The translations under genes were made by a program, and so were the position numbers. The notes beneath the pieces were generated by a model. That model searched no databases and was not told the origin of the DNA. It saw only the letters and a list, made by a program, of their open reading frames with translations. A DNA stretch of 63,364 nucleotides, the filler included, from Porpidia crustulata (Eukaryota): the NCBI GenBank assembly GCA_964255105.1. It is 13 parts of 13 records of this genome, joined end to end, with 100 filler letters (N's around TTAATTAATTAA, not from the genome) between each part and the next. Parts side by side here need not be neighbours in the genome. Positions count along the whole stretch, not along the records: positions 48,908 to 53,660 come from CAXUWE010002001.1; positions 53,761 to 58,512 come from CAXUWE010002002.1; positions 58,613 to 63,364 come from CAXUWE010002003.1; 10 more parts are not named here. One strand, 5' to 3'. Positions 50,260-62,799 of this stretch are shown here, one piece after another (the first letter of the stretch is position 1; each line of letters opens with the position of its first letter).

Positions 50260-51306
50260 TCATGAGTCGACGGGAAAAGGCTCTGCTTCTGGCTCATCGC
50301 TGTGGCTCTCCGTGGTGTCAGGTTGTTTCTCTGCGAACGGATGGCTACCTTTCCAGGAGCCTCGGAAGAGATGTTGAACCATTGCGTTATCTTCTTCCGG
50401 ACTTCCGCTGTTCGAATGCGATTGACCAGACCCGAAGGCGTTGATAGGGAGAATGAGAATGTCGCCCACAAGCCTTGGCGTTACCAATCCAGTCACGTTG
50501 AGCCAAGTAAAATTCGTACCTGTAGATTCAGAAAGGCCTTCGAAGACGGCCTTGGTGAACAAGGCCGGTCCAGTAGTGTCGAGTACGTCTTGAAAAGAAG
50601 CCTTGATGCCAGAGACTGGCTTTCCTTGCTTCTGCGCGAGCTTGCGAATGCGACCAACCACCCGTTCTACTGATGTCTGCAACAATGGATGCCCCGGCTT
50701 CGCCATAATGGCCCAGGTACAGAATTGCAGGTCTAGGGTCCAGTCAACCCAGCGCCCTCGCCCAAAAGAATCGTACTCCACGCCTATCACGACATTCGCA
50801 TATCTCTTGAAAGCTGAAGGTACCCAGTCTTCAATCGGTTTCAAAGCTTTTGTATCGATATCACTGTACACACCACCGTCACCGAGGAGGACCAAGTATC
50901 GAATCAGATCGGCCCGCAATATTGGGTCTTGAAGGTCGGTAAAGGTTTCTTCAATGTCTCTTCTGTGTCCGAAACGCTCTCGAACATAGCTCTCTGCACT
51001 GTGCTGGGTGACGATCTCATATCTATGTTTTTGGTTCAGTTTCAACCAAGACTGGATCACCATTCGATCCTGATTGTCCAGTTCAACGGCGCTGGTTCTC
51101 CCAGTTTGCCAGATCTTCCGAGGAAAATCGGATACTTGCAAGGAGTCATTTTGTGGTGGAGGCTCGGAGACTTGGTTATTAAACCAAAAGCCAGTTCTAG
51201 CCAGCTGGAGGAAATGGAAGCAGAAAAGTGTGACAATTACGCAGTAGATCATGAGAAGTATGCGCGCATATTTGGTATCAGGGGGAAGAGTCCAAATCCC
51301 AGCCAT
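50260..51306 (-). CDS. GT32 alpha-1,6-mannosyltransferase (Och1/Hoc1-like)
   Basis: N-terminal TM anchor, FPRKIWQT, LRADLIRYLVL..GGVYSDID (DxD), QFCTWAIMAKPGHP, TGP, VQHLFRGSWK. Confidence 0.92.
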   Translation of the reverse strand: MAGIWTLPPDTKYARILLMIYCVIVTLFCFHFLQLARTGFWFNNQVSEPPPQNDSLQVSDFPRKIWQTGRTSAVELDNQDRMVIQSWLKLNQKHRYEIVTQHSAESYVRERFGHRRDIEETFTDLQDPILRADLIRYLVLLGDGGVYSDIDTKALKPIEDWVPSAFKRYANVVIGVEYDSFGRGRWVDWTLDLQFCTWAIMAKPGHPLLQTSVERVVGRIRKLAQKQGKPVSGIKASFQDVLDTTGPALFTKAVFEGLSESTGTNFTWLNVTGLVTPRLVGDILILPINAFGSGQSHSNSGSPEEDNAMVQHLFRGSWKGSHPFAEKQPDTTESHSDEPEAEPFPVDS

Positions 51307-51633
51307 GTTCCCAGTGCTGGAGAAACCCACCCGAAGTAATTTGGATGTGAGAAATCATTTGTACTTGGGACATGGTGTGCCTAGGAGTACTCATTCTTCT
51401 GATGTCTCACTGTCGAGGAATGAGAAAGTCAACAAACACAAGACAAGATGACGGTAGATAGCCGTGAAGCTCAAATAATATACAGAGTGAGGTACGAAAC
51501 TTGTAAAACGTGCAGGGAGATCAGACTTTGAAGACAAAAGAAAAAAGGGATATCTTGAATCGAAGATCAAGGAGAAATATTGTCAATGTCAGTAGACACT
51601 AAACTTGAGATTCGTGAAGATAGAGATAACTTA

Positions 51634-51660
51634 ATCACGTGATAGATTCGACGCGTCGCG
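51634..51660 (+). promoter_or_regulatory. MCB box (ACGCGT) plus CACGTG E-box upstream of MSH2
   Basis: ATCACGTGAT at 51634-51643 and CGACGCGTCG at 51649-51658, ~150 bp before the MSH2 ATG; MCB/MBF control of MSH2 is established in yeast. Confidence 0.55.
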
Positions 51661-51800
51661 CTGCCGCGTTTAGCTACTCTACATAATTCGGAGATCCTTG
51701 AGTAGTAGATACGTGTGACTGGGCCAAAGACCAGAGTCCTTTCGGTACCCAAATGAAATAGTTTCGGTGACTGTGTGAGTAGCGGAGAACATCTGCTAAC

Positions 51801-53660
51801 ATGTCTTCAAGACCAGAGCTCAAGGTACCCAGCCATTACCGCTCTCAGCACATGATTTACTCACTTCACGTCAGGTCGACGACGAGGTCGGATTCATCCG
51901 CTTCTTCCGCGGTCTCCCGGTCAAAGATGAAGAGACGATCCGAATCTTTGATCGGGGCGACTGGTATACGGCTCACGGGGACGATGCGGCTTTCATTGCA
52001 AGAACAGTGAGGTTCTAGCAAGACAGGAATCAGACCCTACAGACTGATGGCTTCGCTAGGTCTACAAAACAACATCGGTCCTCCGCCAGCTTGGCAGGGT
52101 AGAGAGTGGACTTCCCTCAGTCACAATGACCATCACTGTGTACCGCAACTTTCTACGGGATGCACTCTTCAGGCTAAGCAAGAGGGTTGAGGTATGGGAG
52201 AGCACTGGCCGTATGCAATGGAAGGTCAAGAAACAAGCTTCTCCAGGAAATCTGCAGGACGTCGAAGATGAGCTCGGTGGTCAGGTAGAATCTGCGCCTA
52301 TTATACTTGCTGTAAAAGTCTCGTCGAAAGCATCCGAGGCACGGAATGTTGGTGTCTGCTTTGCGGATGCAAGCGTAAGGGAGCTCGGTGTCAGCGAATT
52401 TCTAGATAATGATCTATACTCAAATCTGGAATCGCTGCTGATTCAGCTTGGAGTCAAAGAATGCTTGATCCAAGCAGATGGCCAAAAGAAGGATATCGAG
52501 CTAGCCAAGCTTCGAACGATCGCCGACAACTGTGGCATTGCTATTTCTGAGCGAAGTGTGGGAGACTTTGGAACCAAGGACATTGAACAAGACCTGACCA
52601 GACTTCTACGAGACGAACGTGCCGTAGGCACGCTGCCCCAAACTGATTTGAAATTAGCAATGGGCTCAGCAGCCGCTCTCATCAAATACCTTGGCGTCTT
52701 ATCAGATCCTTCCAATTTTGGGGAATATCAGCTCTACCAACACGATCTGTCCCAGTACATGAAACTAGATGCTTCCGCGCTCAAAGCACTGAACCTCATG
52801 CCTGGGCCTCGAGATGGCTCGAAGAACATGAGTTTGTTTGGTTTACTGAATCATTGCAAAACGCCAGTCGGGAGCCGTCTGCTGGCTCAGTGGCTCAAGC
52901 AGCCATTGATGAGTCTGCAAGAGATTGAGCGGCGCCAGCAACTAGTAGAAGCTTTTGTGATGGACACAGAGCTTAGACAGACAATGCAAGAAGAACATCT
53001 CCGTTCTATACCCGACCTCTACCGCTTGGCTAAGCGTTTTCAAAGAAAGCTCGCAAACCTGGAAGATGTTGTCAGGGCATATCAAGTAGTCATCCGCATA
53101 CCCGGCTTCATCAATACATTAGAGGGGGTCATGGATGAGCAATACAAAGACCCTCTTGACGCCGAGTACACCTCGAAGCTTGTAGATAATTCGAACAGTT
53201 TAGCTAAGCTGCAAGAAATGGTGGAAACAACCGTGGATCTTGATGCCCTCGACCACCACGAATTCATAATCAAACCCGAATTCGACGAGAGCCTAAGGAT
53301 CATTCGAAAGAGACTTGACAAACTAAAGTACGACATGGAAGTAGAGCATCGGAAAGTCGGCAAAGATCTTGACCAAGATACGGAAAAGAAGCTCTTCCTG
53401 GAGAACCACAGAGTACACGGCTGGTGCTTTCGGCTGACCAGGACAGAAGCGGGCTGCATACGCAACAAGAAGCAGTATCAAGAATGCTCAACCCAAAAGA
53501 ACGGCGTCTACTTTACGACATCGACCATGCAGACAATGCGGCGAGAACATGATCAATTGTCAGAAAATTACAACCGGACCCAGAGCGGACTCGTTAACGA
53601 GGTCGTCAGCGTCGCAGCATCGTACTGTCCCGTACTCGAGAAACTCGCCGGTGTGCTTGG
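51801..53660 (+). CDS. MSH2: DNA mismatch repair protein Msh2 (3'-truncated)
   Basis: [33 protein letters not shown]; introns 51825-51874 and 52007-52059; [38 protein letters not shown]. Confidence 0.97.
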
Positions 53661-53760
53661 NNNNNNNNNNNNNNNNNNNNNNNNNNNNNNNNNNNNNNNN
53701 NNNNTTAATTAATTAANNNNNNNNNNNNNNNNNNNNNNNNNNNNNNNNNNNNNNNNNNNN
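53661..53760. other. Artificial contig spacer
   Basis: Same 100-bp spacer. Confidence 0.98.
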
Positions 53761-54444
53761 GGTTTGGGGTGTGCACGGGACCGGAACGTGCACGGGCCCG
53801 GGAATACTCCTAACGAAAGTAATTTTGGTGGGTTTTATTAGGAGAAGGTGTATTCTTTCTTAAAACAGAACCCATAGCATAAACCTCCTAGAGTAGATCA
53901 TTACCCGCGGTGCACGTCTCTGCTCACTAAATACGCAACACACTTGGCTCTCTACTCTTGATAGTGTTGTAAAGGATGGAATTCGTTTGTTATGGCTTTG
54001 GTCTTTTGCTTTGGTTGAGGGGTTGGTTTTCTTTTTGCGGTGGTATTTAGCACCTTATCCTCAATCTGACTCGCAGTCTTTGATCCTCAGCATCTCAGAC
54101 TAGAAAGCTATGCATGAGAGAGATCGCAGCTTTTCTTGGAATACTACATGGCATCTTTGCGCGAAGCCTATCATTTCGCATCACCATGTTCCCTCCTGGT
54201 CCAGCTTGTCGTGCTCAGCTCAATCTTGGGTCTTCTTTGCCTTTGTTTTTCTCGGGAATCAATGATTTTTTTAAGAATGACTGATTTTTGGATTTTTTTC
54301 GTAGGTAATCAGTCATAAAGACTCCAACCAATCATGGGCTTGTGCTACATGAACAGGCGCTAGACGCCGGTAATCCAACATTGCTTCAGCCTGATCTCTG
54401 ATTCCTCTTTTCTCTTCGCATTGATGTGTTGATCTTGCTCAGCG

Positions 54445-57400
54445 ATGGACCTTCTATCTGCTACTGCCAGTCTCATAGCTATTGTCACTTTTGCCGTGCA
54501 GTCTTTGAATGTCATTGGTCAAGTTTTACATACGATTCGTGATGGACCAAAACGCATTCTCGAACTTACCAGTAGGGTCAAACGGTTTCATTCGATACTA
54601 CTACGAGTTGCCGAATTGCTTAAGCAGGCGGGGCAGGTTGACGAGCCAACTGACATGCCGGCCTTCGAAGGTATGAGGCCTATATTATACAGATGTGCAA
54701 GCAATTTGCAAAAAATCCAATTGTTGTTGTCAACTACGAATCTCCCAAAGAATCGCGACTTGAAGAGGGCCTGGGCGGCTGTCAAGGATGTTCTCGGCTC
54801 CAAAGACTTGGACCATGCCAATCAGACAATCGAACATGATATGCAGGAACTACACTTTGAAGTCAGCGTGCTTGGCAGGTATGGTATCTTGACGCTTATG
54901 ATAGAATAGTGCTAAGACTGGGTCAGCCGAAATGACCTAAAATGCGGCCACCTTTTGCGGGCAATCAAAGACGCAGTAGAGGCTAGTTTCTCTGATACAA
55001 ATGCTAACCATTTGGAGCTGAAAACGTACAACGAGACTTTGACGGCCTTCAAATCGGAATCGCAGGCCTGGCAAGGCCATACGGACAGTACGCAAGCAGC
55101 ATCCTTTCAGACGGTTCAATCAATGCTCAGAGCATCGGACTCCGAATCGGCGTCGCAATTCTCCCAAGTTTTGGACAAACTAGGCAAGCTCGAGCTCTGT
55201 CTGCGCGGCCAAGATGGCCATTTTGTCGATTCTCCCGAGAATAGAACTGCGAATGATGAAATTTCGGGCTGCATTGATCGCCTTTGTCGCTTAGCATCTC
55301 TGAAGCCGAGCAAGGTCACTTCACACGAAGCTGAGTCAATTATCGATGACTTGGAGACAGTTCTGACAAAGGTTGAGAGCACTGCTGGTTTATTGACAGC
55401 GTGTAGAGGGCAGAAAAAGCGGAAGGCTGAAGTTCATCACGATGACGTATCCACTGAGCAGTCAGGTTTACAGATTAGAGATGTAAAACGAGTTCGAAGG
55501 GGTCTAGCCACTCATAGGAACTTCGACGTCAATGATTTCAAACCTGGAGTCTTGAATACTACGCGGCAAAGAGGTCGAATAAAATTTGGCCAAAGCCAAG
55601 TCTTCGAAATTCAAGGAGCTACCGTCCTAATTTCATATTACAACAGAAATCTGCCTAATGGATCAACGACGAGCTGCAATAATAAACACAGTGGCGACCT
55701 GCTGGATGACAGGTCACGTTCAGAAGAAGTCGAAGGTAGAGTGAGCTTATTGATGCCGTACACTCAAGCGATAAAGCTGAACGTCATATTCCACTATAAA
55801 AATACACATTCAGGCATCAATGGCTTGAACCCAACCATATCTTTTCATTGTATGAGGCCAGAAGGCTCCCGCATTTTTAAGATTGCCGGTTATGGTAGCG
55901 TGGAGGACATGCTGGAATTGCGTCGAGAGGGCGATGCCTCTCTCAGTGACTGTGACGTTCATGGAAGAACATTATTATATGTCAGATATCATTCTTTTAT
56001 ACAAGATATGCGCCTGTGTTCTGACTAACTTTTAACTTGAACAATATAGTATGCTTTGACGGGTCACAATGTTGCTGTGTGCAGATTCTTGATTGACCAT
56101 CATGCAGATGTTGACTCGATGGAACCATTAGATGAATGTGTCGAATCAACATTGTGAGCTCGTCTTCACCAGTACAACACATTCGCTTGCTAATATTTGA
56201 GACTTTACGCAGCCTTCCGGCTTTAGGGCTTTTGAGTAGCGATCGCAACGATTTGGGCCAAGCTGGTAAAATTGAATGTACTAAGCTCTTGCTAGAAGCT
56301 GGCGCCGACCCCAGTATGAAAATCTATTGCAGGCCACGCAATACAATCGATGGAACAACAATCTTTTTTTTGGACTTAATGGCAGCGACTGAAGTAAGCA
56401 AAAGTTTGAATTGACGATGTATAGCGACTAATATATTAGGACACAGTGAAAGCTTTCCTGGAACTTGGCAGCCATTTCATCGATTTAGAAGATATTGAAC
56501 ATTCCTACTTCCAATCCGCACTCCTGTGTAGTCTTAGTAATATCGGATATACGCGGTTTGCTGTTGAGAAAACTCTACTGCTTCTAAATCATGGGGCGAA
56601 AATAAGCGCTCGGGATAAGGACGGGCGAGGCTGCCTGCATTATATTCTAAAAGCATGGAGTAGGAAGCAGGACTTGAGTTATGAGACAATGCTCAAGCTT
56701 CTCATGATTTCAATCGACAGAGGCGCAGACATATATGCAGCTGATCTTCACGGTATCTCGGTGACTAAGGACGCATTTTTCTATAATCTTGCTGGTCCAT
56801 GGCTTCGAGCCGTTCACGCTTCCCGCCTTCGTTTGAAGCCATCTACAGTCCTTGCGAATGACCATCAGAAGTTTCATCACAGACGTGTAGCCTCTGCAGA
56901 TAAACAAAGTCAAGTTGATCGTGATCGGTCCATGAGCCAAAACATATCGCGCCGCTCCGCAATGCATTCAACCGCTGATGTTCTTGGAGTGCCAGGCTTC
57001 CCTTGCGTCCAACGCGAAACCGTATCGGAAGATCGATCTTCAAACCATCAACGTGCCTGGGGTGGATTCTATTCTATGAGGGAATGGTCTACAAAACCTG
57101 GTCCAGACGGTTCAGGATATGTTTTGGATAAATTTCGTGTCGAAGTCTTAGCCGGGGTGTATCAGCAGCATGGCTATGCTGACGAGCAACTCTCAGATAT
57201 GGAAGAAGTAGCATACAATGATGTTGAAGAGGTCTCGGATGAAGACTCGGAAGAGGTAGCATACAATGATCTTGAAGGGGTCTCGGATGAAGTCTCGGAA
57301 GAAGTAGTATGCGACGATCCTCAAGAGGTCTCAGATGAAGTTCCGGAAGAAGTAGCATGCGATGATCTTGAAGAGGTCTCGGATGAAGACTCCGAAGAAA

Positions 57401-57753
57401 ACTTTAGCGAGGATGGCGAGCCTTCGCGAAGCGACAATTCTACCAGCGGTCAATCAGCGAAAGACGAAAACAGCGTACAACGATCCCCTTTACAGCGCTC
57501 GACAGTTGAGGTTAGTTGGCACTCGTCAATCGATTAAACTAGCTTTACTAAGAAACTGCAGTTGCTCCACGAACAACGCCCGAACTCAGAACTTCGATAC
57601 ACTGAAAATGAACCACTGATCGCAGAGAGAAATGTCGTCCTCACAGAGGATCGTCCTGATCAAGACTATCCACTCCAGGATATACCGCAGTATCTTGGAC
57701 CTGCGCCAACGTATCATGCAGACCCGCAGCTATGTTTCGACCCGTGGAGCTAA
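54445..57753 (+). CDS. HeLo-like (fungal STAND N-terminal) domain + ankyrin-repeat protein with acidic tail
   Basis: MDLLSATASLIAIVTFAVQ N-terminal helix; ankyrin motifs DVHGRTLLYYA, LLEAGADP, GAKISARDKDGRGCLH, GADIYAADLHG. Introns 54879-54926, ~55981-56049, ~56154-56212, ~56394-56439 and 57511-57561 join five ORFs in frame. Confidence 0.8.
57202..57399 (+). repeat. Coding 48-bp (16-aa) tandem repeat, 4 copies
   Basis: EEVAYNDVEEVSDEDS / EEVAYNDLEGVSDEVS / EEVVCDDPQEVSDEVP / EEVACDDLEEVSDEDS. Confidence 0.92.
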
Positions 57754-58512
57754 ACCGTCCAAAACCTTTTGCATCTTACGAATTACCTAGGAGATCAGAT
57801 GAGCAGAGCATACAGATAAGATTCGGCGACAACAGGATGTATCGAGGAGCGGCAGAAGGACTGGATCAACAGCGCCATGCATGAGATTGTGCAGCATGAG
57901 TTCTCACCCGTCATTCACCTACGTCCGCCACTTATTCAAACCACTCAAACCATCGGTCTCTCCATCGCTCTAGCAAATCTCTAGTTGAGCAACACCCTCA
58001 GCTTGATGGTGTACCCTGACTTCGCCGGCAACCCTCAAGCCACGCTCATTCTGCGCTCTTGGTCCTCATGGGTGCGACAGCTTAATCGCTAAAAACTTGG
58101 AGTTTTTTTGCATCGCTTTGGGGAGGCTGATTTTTCCCAGTTGATTCTTACTTTTTTCCTTACAATAATTGGTGCACACGGCGGATTTTGGTCTCGTTAT
58201 TGGTGTTGAGCAAAATGTGACCGCACCTGGTTTTTGCTAATCCACTATATATATCAACGCCAACAATTGGAAGGTCGATTACTCGTTTCCAGATCTATCT
58301 AAGCGAGGTTGGTGGGTTATGGGGGATGGGCGAGCGGTGGGAAGTGGGGAGAAAGGGTAAAGGTGTGGCTGGAATCGGGACTGGACTGGAGTTGGAGTCT
58401 TGAGATGGGGTGGTTGATGGTGTTTTGGCGGAGAAGAAATCTTAGTGGTTTTGAGGTTTTTAGATTCTTGTACTTGATAGGTCCTCTCTCCTCGTCTTCC
58501 TCCCCTTACCCT

Positions 58513-58612
58513 NNNNNNNNNNNNNNNNNNNNNNNNNNNNNNNNNNNNNNNNNNNNTTAATTAATTAANNNNNNNNNNNNNNNNNNNNNNNNNNNNNNNN
58601 NNNNNNNNNNNN
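58513..58612. other. Artificial contig spacer
   Basis: Same 100-bp spacer. Confidence 0.98.
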
Positions 58613-59252
58613 CATACACACGCATTCATATCTTACATTCACCGAACGAAATCATCATTCGTCCTGAGACAGATCACATGACCCATCACCAGAATTTTCA
58701 GCATTAATACGAGATTCTTATTTATTAACGAGTTACGTGCCCGAGAGATTTTTCAAATGTTGTTTGATTTGAGTCGAAGAGAGAGAGAGAGATTCAACTT
58801 TGATGATGGTGATGATGTTGATGTTGATATCCATCTGTGCTATATAGTTTTGTGCTTGCTGTTTATATATATGGTCGATTTTGAGATCGAGAAAGATGAA
58901 ACCTCGGGTCTGGACGATGATGTGTGAAAGATCCGCTGGAAAATTCTTTCGGCAGCATAACTTGACATTTTGCAACGGGTAAACACAGTCCGGTGGCGAG
59001 GAAGCTGGTCCTGATCTTGTTGTTGGTAGATGTCCTTGTAGTGTCTGTCGTTGCTCGGATCTCGCTCATATGTTTCATAGAGTATGAATGACGATTTCTT
59101 CCTGAAGCTCCGATTTGATTGGTTAGATGATATGACGATAAAATAAGATTCTCCTGAAGCGTGCGGATGAGTTTTATACTCACAGCCATATTCAAACAGC
59201 TTGGCTATTTGGATCCAAGGATATATTTGGGAATACAAGAAGAATCCTAGCC

Positions 59253-60420
59253 TTGGGAAGACGGGTGTTGGCTAAACTCCGATGCGGGCAATTCTATTAT
59301 ACCGCGGACAACCTTGGCGCTCATATTCCAGATTGGGATTCTCACGCCGGCAGAACTGTTCCAAGACCCGGTCAGATCTTCGCTTACTTCTTCGATATGA
59401 GTAGCTGTGCAAGAAAGAGCGGGCTCAGTGTCATGCAGTCTTTGCTTCATCGGATTTTGTCTACTGAACAAGGATTGTTTGAACTCATTTACAGCAAGCC
59501 CATCTTTTCCCGACCGCAACAAGACGATTTCGGTCAATTTGTAGAGATTCTTAATGCAATCTTACACGACCCATCACCGCAGGACGCCATCGTCGTTCTA
59601 GATGCGCTGGATGATCATGAAGAGGAAATTCGGCAATCAGTATGCAAAGATGATGTTAACCTTAGCGGAATAGTCCAGCATTCGATCTCTAGTCACATCG
59701 AGACCGATATGTCACATCGAGCCGATTCCCACGCTCGATTTGGATTATTCGCTAGAACACGTCTATTCTGACATAAAGGAGTACGTATAAGCAGGCGTCA
59801 AAGAGCTTGCGATAGCGCGACGGTTCTCCAAAGATCTGATGGCTCGGATTATATGAAGGATACTGCCAACTCTTCTTGATGTTTCCAGTGGGTGCAGCTC
59901 GAGCTCCAGAGCATCCCGAAAGATAGGATGGCAAGGATGGCTCGGGATACTCTGGAGCGACTGCCCAGTAGTATCACAGAAGCTTACCCTGTCTTCCTCC
60001 ATGGGACAACTGGCTTCACGGATGTTAATCTGCGCAGAATCCTTTCCATTATCATGATTGCCGCTTAAGAGAAATGTCTGCCGTATTAGTACTTTCACAA
60101 TGCCGGGACGACGGAGCCATCCGGGTTCGACATTTCTTCATCGGTCCAAAACGACAGACGTTCCCATGATCTCTAGTATGAAATAAGTTGCTGAGAATCA
60201 GCCGAATTCTCGGGCGAGGTCTGAAAAGGAATTTCCAGCATGTTTTGAGTGTAATGGACAGCTCAATTTCGCTCGTTCATTTTACCTTGTGGACGTTCCT
60301 CGAACACGAGGCTTACGACAATCCTCAAGCCACGTTCAAATTTCCGCAACTGAAACACCTGCCTCAGATATTTATCCTCGATGATAATGCCAATCCCAAT
60401 TTGTACCAAGACCAAATTTC
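59253..60420 (+). pseudogene. Decayed NACHT (NLR-type) NTPase remnant
   Basis: YFF......S...VMQSLLHRIL, Walker-B-like IVVLDALDD, GLF, later LVHFTLWTFL (winged helix); no Walker A; multiple stops and frameshifts. Confidence 0.6.
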
Positions 60421-61433
60421 AGCTACTCGTACCAACAAAGACTACCAGCACAGCTGAATATGTCGCCGTTGCTAACAATGTCTCTGCGTTATTTGCTCTG
60501 ATTCCCATCGACATGAGAGACGCAAACAGCATTACCGCAACGGAGACAGTTATTAAGCTCTTAGTTTGGTGTGTATGTGGGAGCTTCATTATCAGCATTG
60601 GGGTCACCAGAGCAGCTCCACCAGCGAATGCGATGATAAAGCGAGCCAACTTGTCCACAAACGGTGAGACTGTCTGGGGAGGCAGCCCATGCAGGTACCC
60701 CATCGTCCGACTGTCCATCTCTGCTTTGGTATATGTGAGACGACGTGGCAGAACACCTTTGAGATAGTTTCGAAGGGGATCTGACAATATTCCAGGAGGC
60801 TCCGAAGAGAGGGTACAATACCGGGAGTTGAATGGATCCCCCCGTAACTCAGCAATTTCTGGGAACGCCTGGGACAGATCTCGTCGGCGGCTGGATGCTT
60901 GCGGAGCCTCGATTTCTGGTAATGATTGGACATAGGCATAGTCTTGCATCGCAACAGCTTCAATTAGAATTGGTTTCAGCTTTGTCATTTGCAGTGTATA
61001 GAGGGATAAAAAGAGATTTCGAGAAGCAAATTTAAGTTTGCGACCCATAGATGACTTAAAAGAAAAACAACATACTATGGAGACGAAAGCTGCCAGAATC
61101 GGGTGCGTACTTTGCATTAGAACGTCAAACTTGAGGTTACTTACTGTACTCATGGAGTTTGTCCTTCAAATCCACCAGGTCTGTCTCACAGATGTCGTGC
61201 GTATTCCAATAAGACCCTTTCAACTTAGCTAGTCGATTCTGTAGATGGAAGATATTCATTCGATGTAGCATGCGGTATTCTAGAACATGAACATGGTTAT
61301 GTCGAGTAGCGTAGGTATAGTGGAATAGTCGTTGATCATAATTCATGTCATCTTCGATCTCACCAAGCTTTTGGGTCTTGTCTGCTGGCGGGGGATGAAA
61401 CCACGCGGGTTGGGAAGCGGCTGTCGCGGCCAT
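60419..61433 (-). CDS. DUF6594-type membrane protein (3 C-terminal TM helices)
   Basis: Exon 1 YRMLHRMNIFHLQNRL..LHEY followed by GTAAGT; intron ~60958-61144; C-terminus LARFIIAFAGGAALVTPMLIM..SLITVSVAVMLFA..LLATATYSAVLVVFVG. Confidence 0.8.
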
Positions 61434-61827
61434 CTCTCGCGGACAGATGTGATGTTACTGACCTTATACTTGGAGTCTTTAATCGCAATCGACTAAGGCG
61501 CTCGAGAATTTCGGAAAGACTGTGAAAGTCTGTATCTGTGAAGGCGCTATATCATTTTCAATTGATTCATTAGACACAGAATGGAATGGTTGCGCTCTTT
61601 CATCTTTTATATGAATCTAACAAGCGATCGAGTAAGGATTGATAATTACAGTTGTATTGAATCATACCAATCAACTCCATGGAGGTGTATATCGGTTCTA
61701 GGCTACAGGGGCTGAAGGAAGCTTCATTTCTCAGCCTGGTCGCGTCCTCCATCTTTTGTCTTACTGTTATTGAGCATGATATGCATTTATAGATAGCTAA
61801 CGCCCTTCATAACGGGCCTCTCACAAC

Positions 61828-62799
61828 ATGTTTGGAAATGAGATTGATGATATATTCTGGGTGCCTAAGGATTTCCATCTTTTCAAAGATGGAAATCAGG
61901 TGCTCTGTCACCCTAGGCTTAGACTTCCGGACTACGAGCTGATCGGCATCTCTCTTGATGAGCAATTGACGTTGACCGATTGCCATTCGGCGATGAGGGC
62001 CGCTATACGTCAAGCACGCCTTATGGTTTTTGAGATCGCCGGCAAGGATAAACCATTCTTCAAACGCAGCTTGAAGGGGACTACACTTGAAGGCGAACCT
62101 AGAAAATTCTATGTCCTTTTATCGTCAATTGAGTCTCGTTTTGAATATGTTCTTTCGATCACGTCAATTAATGAACTCTTCCGGAGGGGTTCACGCCTGC
62201 TAGACGTGCTTAAAAATCCGCTCATAGCACCTAAAGATTTCAAAGACAGTTCAGATACTTTACCTCCCAATCTTTAAAGGGTTAGTCAACATTCTGACAT
62301 CTGACAGTGCTACTGAAATGATCCCTTCTCCGCATCGAGAAGAACTTTGGACAGAACGTAAATAAGCCTCTCAAAAAGGCATTGATCAACAAAAGCAAGG
62401 TCAACTACCCGAACCTCATCGAACAAGCGACGCACTACGAGCACGAGATTACTGCAGCCTGTTGCGTATGGCAAGAAGAGGTTGAGACGGTAGCCACTGA
62501 GGTAAAAGGTGAGTATTTCAATGGCATTACACTGGAAATTATAAAAAGCTCATGTTGGAGTAGCAACACAAGGCTGGCGCGAAGCATCAGAGCTCAATGA
62601 GAAGATTGACTATTTGATTCATCGAGCCAGGGATAGAGGTTGGGAAAGCGGGGATGACCAGAACTTCATAGAGCTAGACGTTCGTGATGCGTTCCTTCGC
62701 GCCGACGGGCCAAGCTCTGCTATCACTCACTTGGAGGGTGTGCTAGATGGCATCAAGAGAGCTGCAACAGATTCGAGAAGAGCTTCACGACATTTGTGA
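61828..62799 (+). CDS. Hypothetical multi-exon protein
   Basis: Successive protein-like ORFs (61828, 62382, 62614) separated by intron-like segments (GTTAGT..CTGACAG; GTGAGT..TAG); exact structure unresolved. Confidence 0.4.

Noticed and set aside
53761..53920. Repeated GTGCACGGG motifs as a transposon terminus
   Set aside because: Short, at a contig edge, with no partner TIR or TSD visible; not supportable
54445..60420. HeLo-ankyrin gene plus NACHT remnant as a split NLR system
   Set aside because: They are separated by a spacer and lie on unlinked contigs
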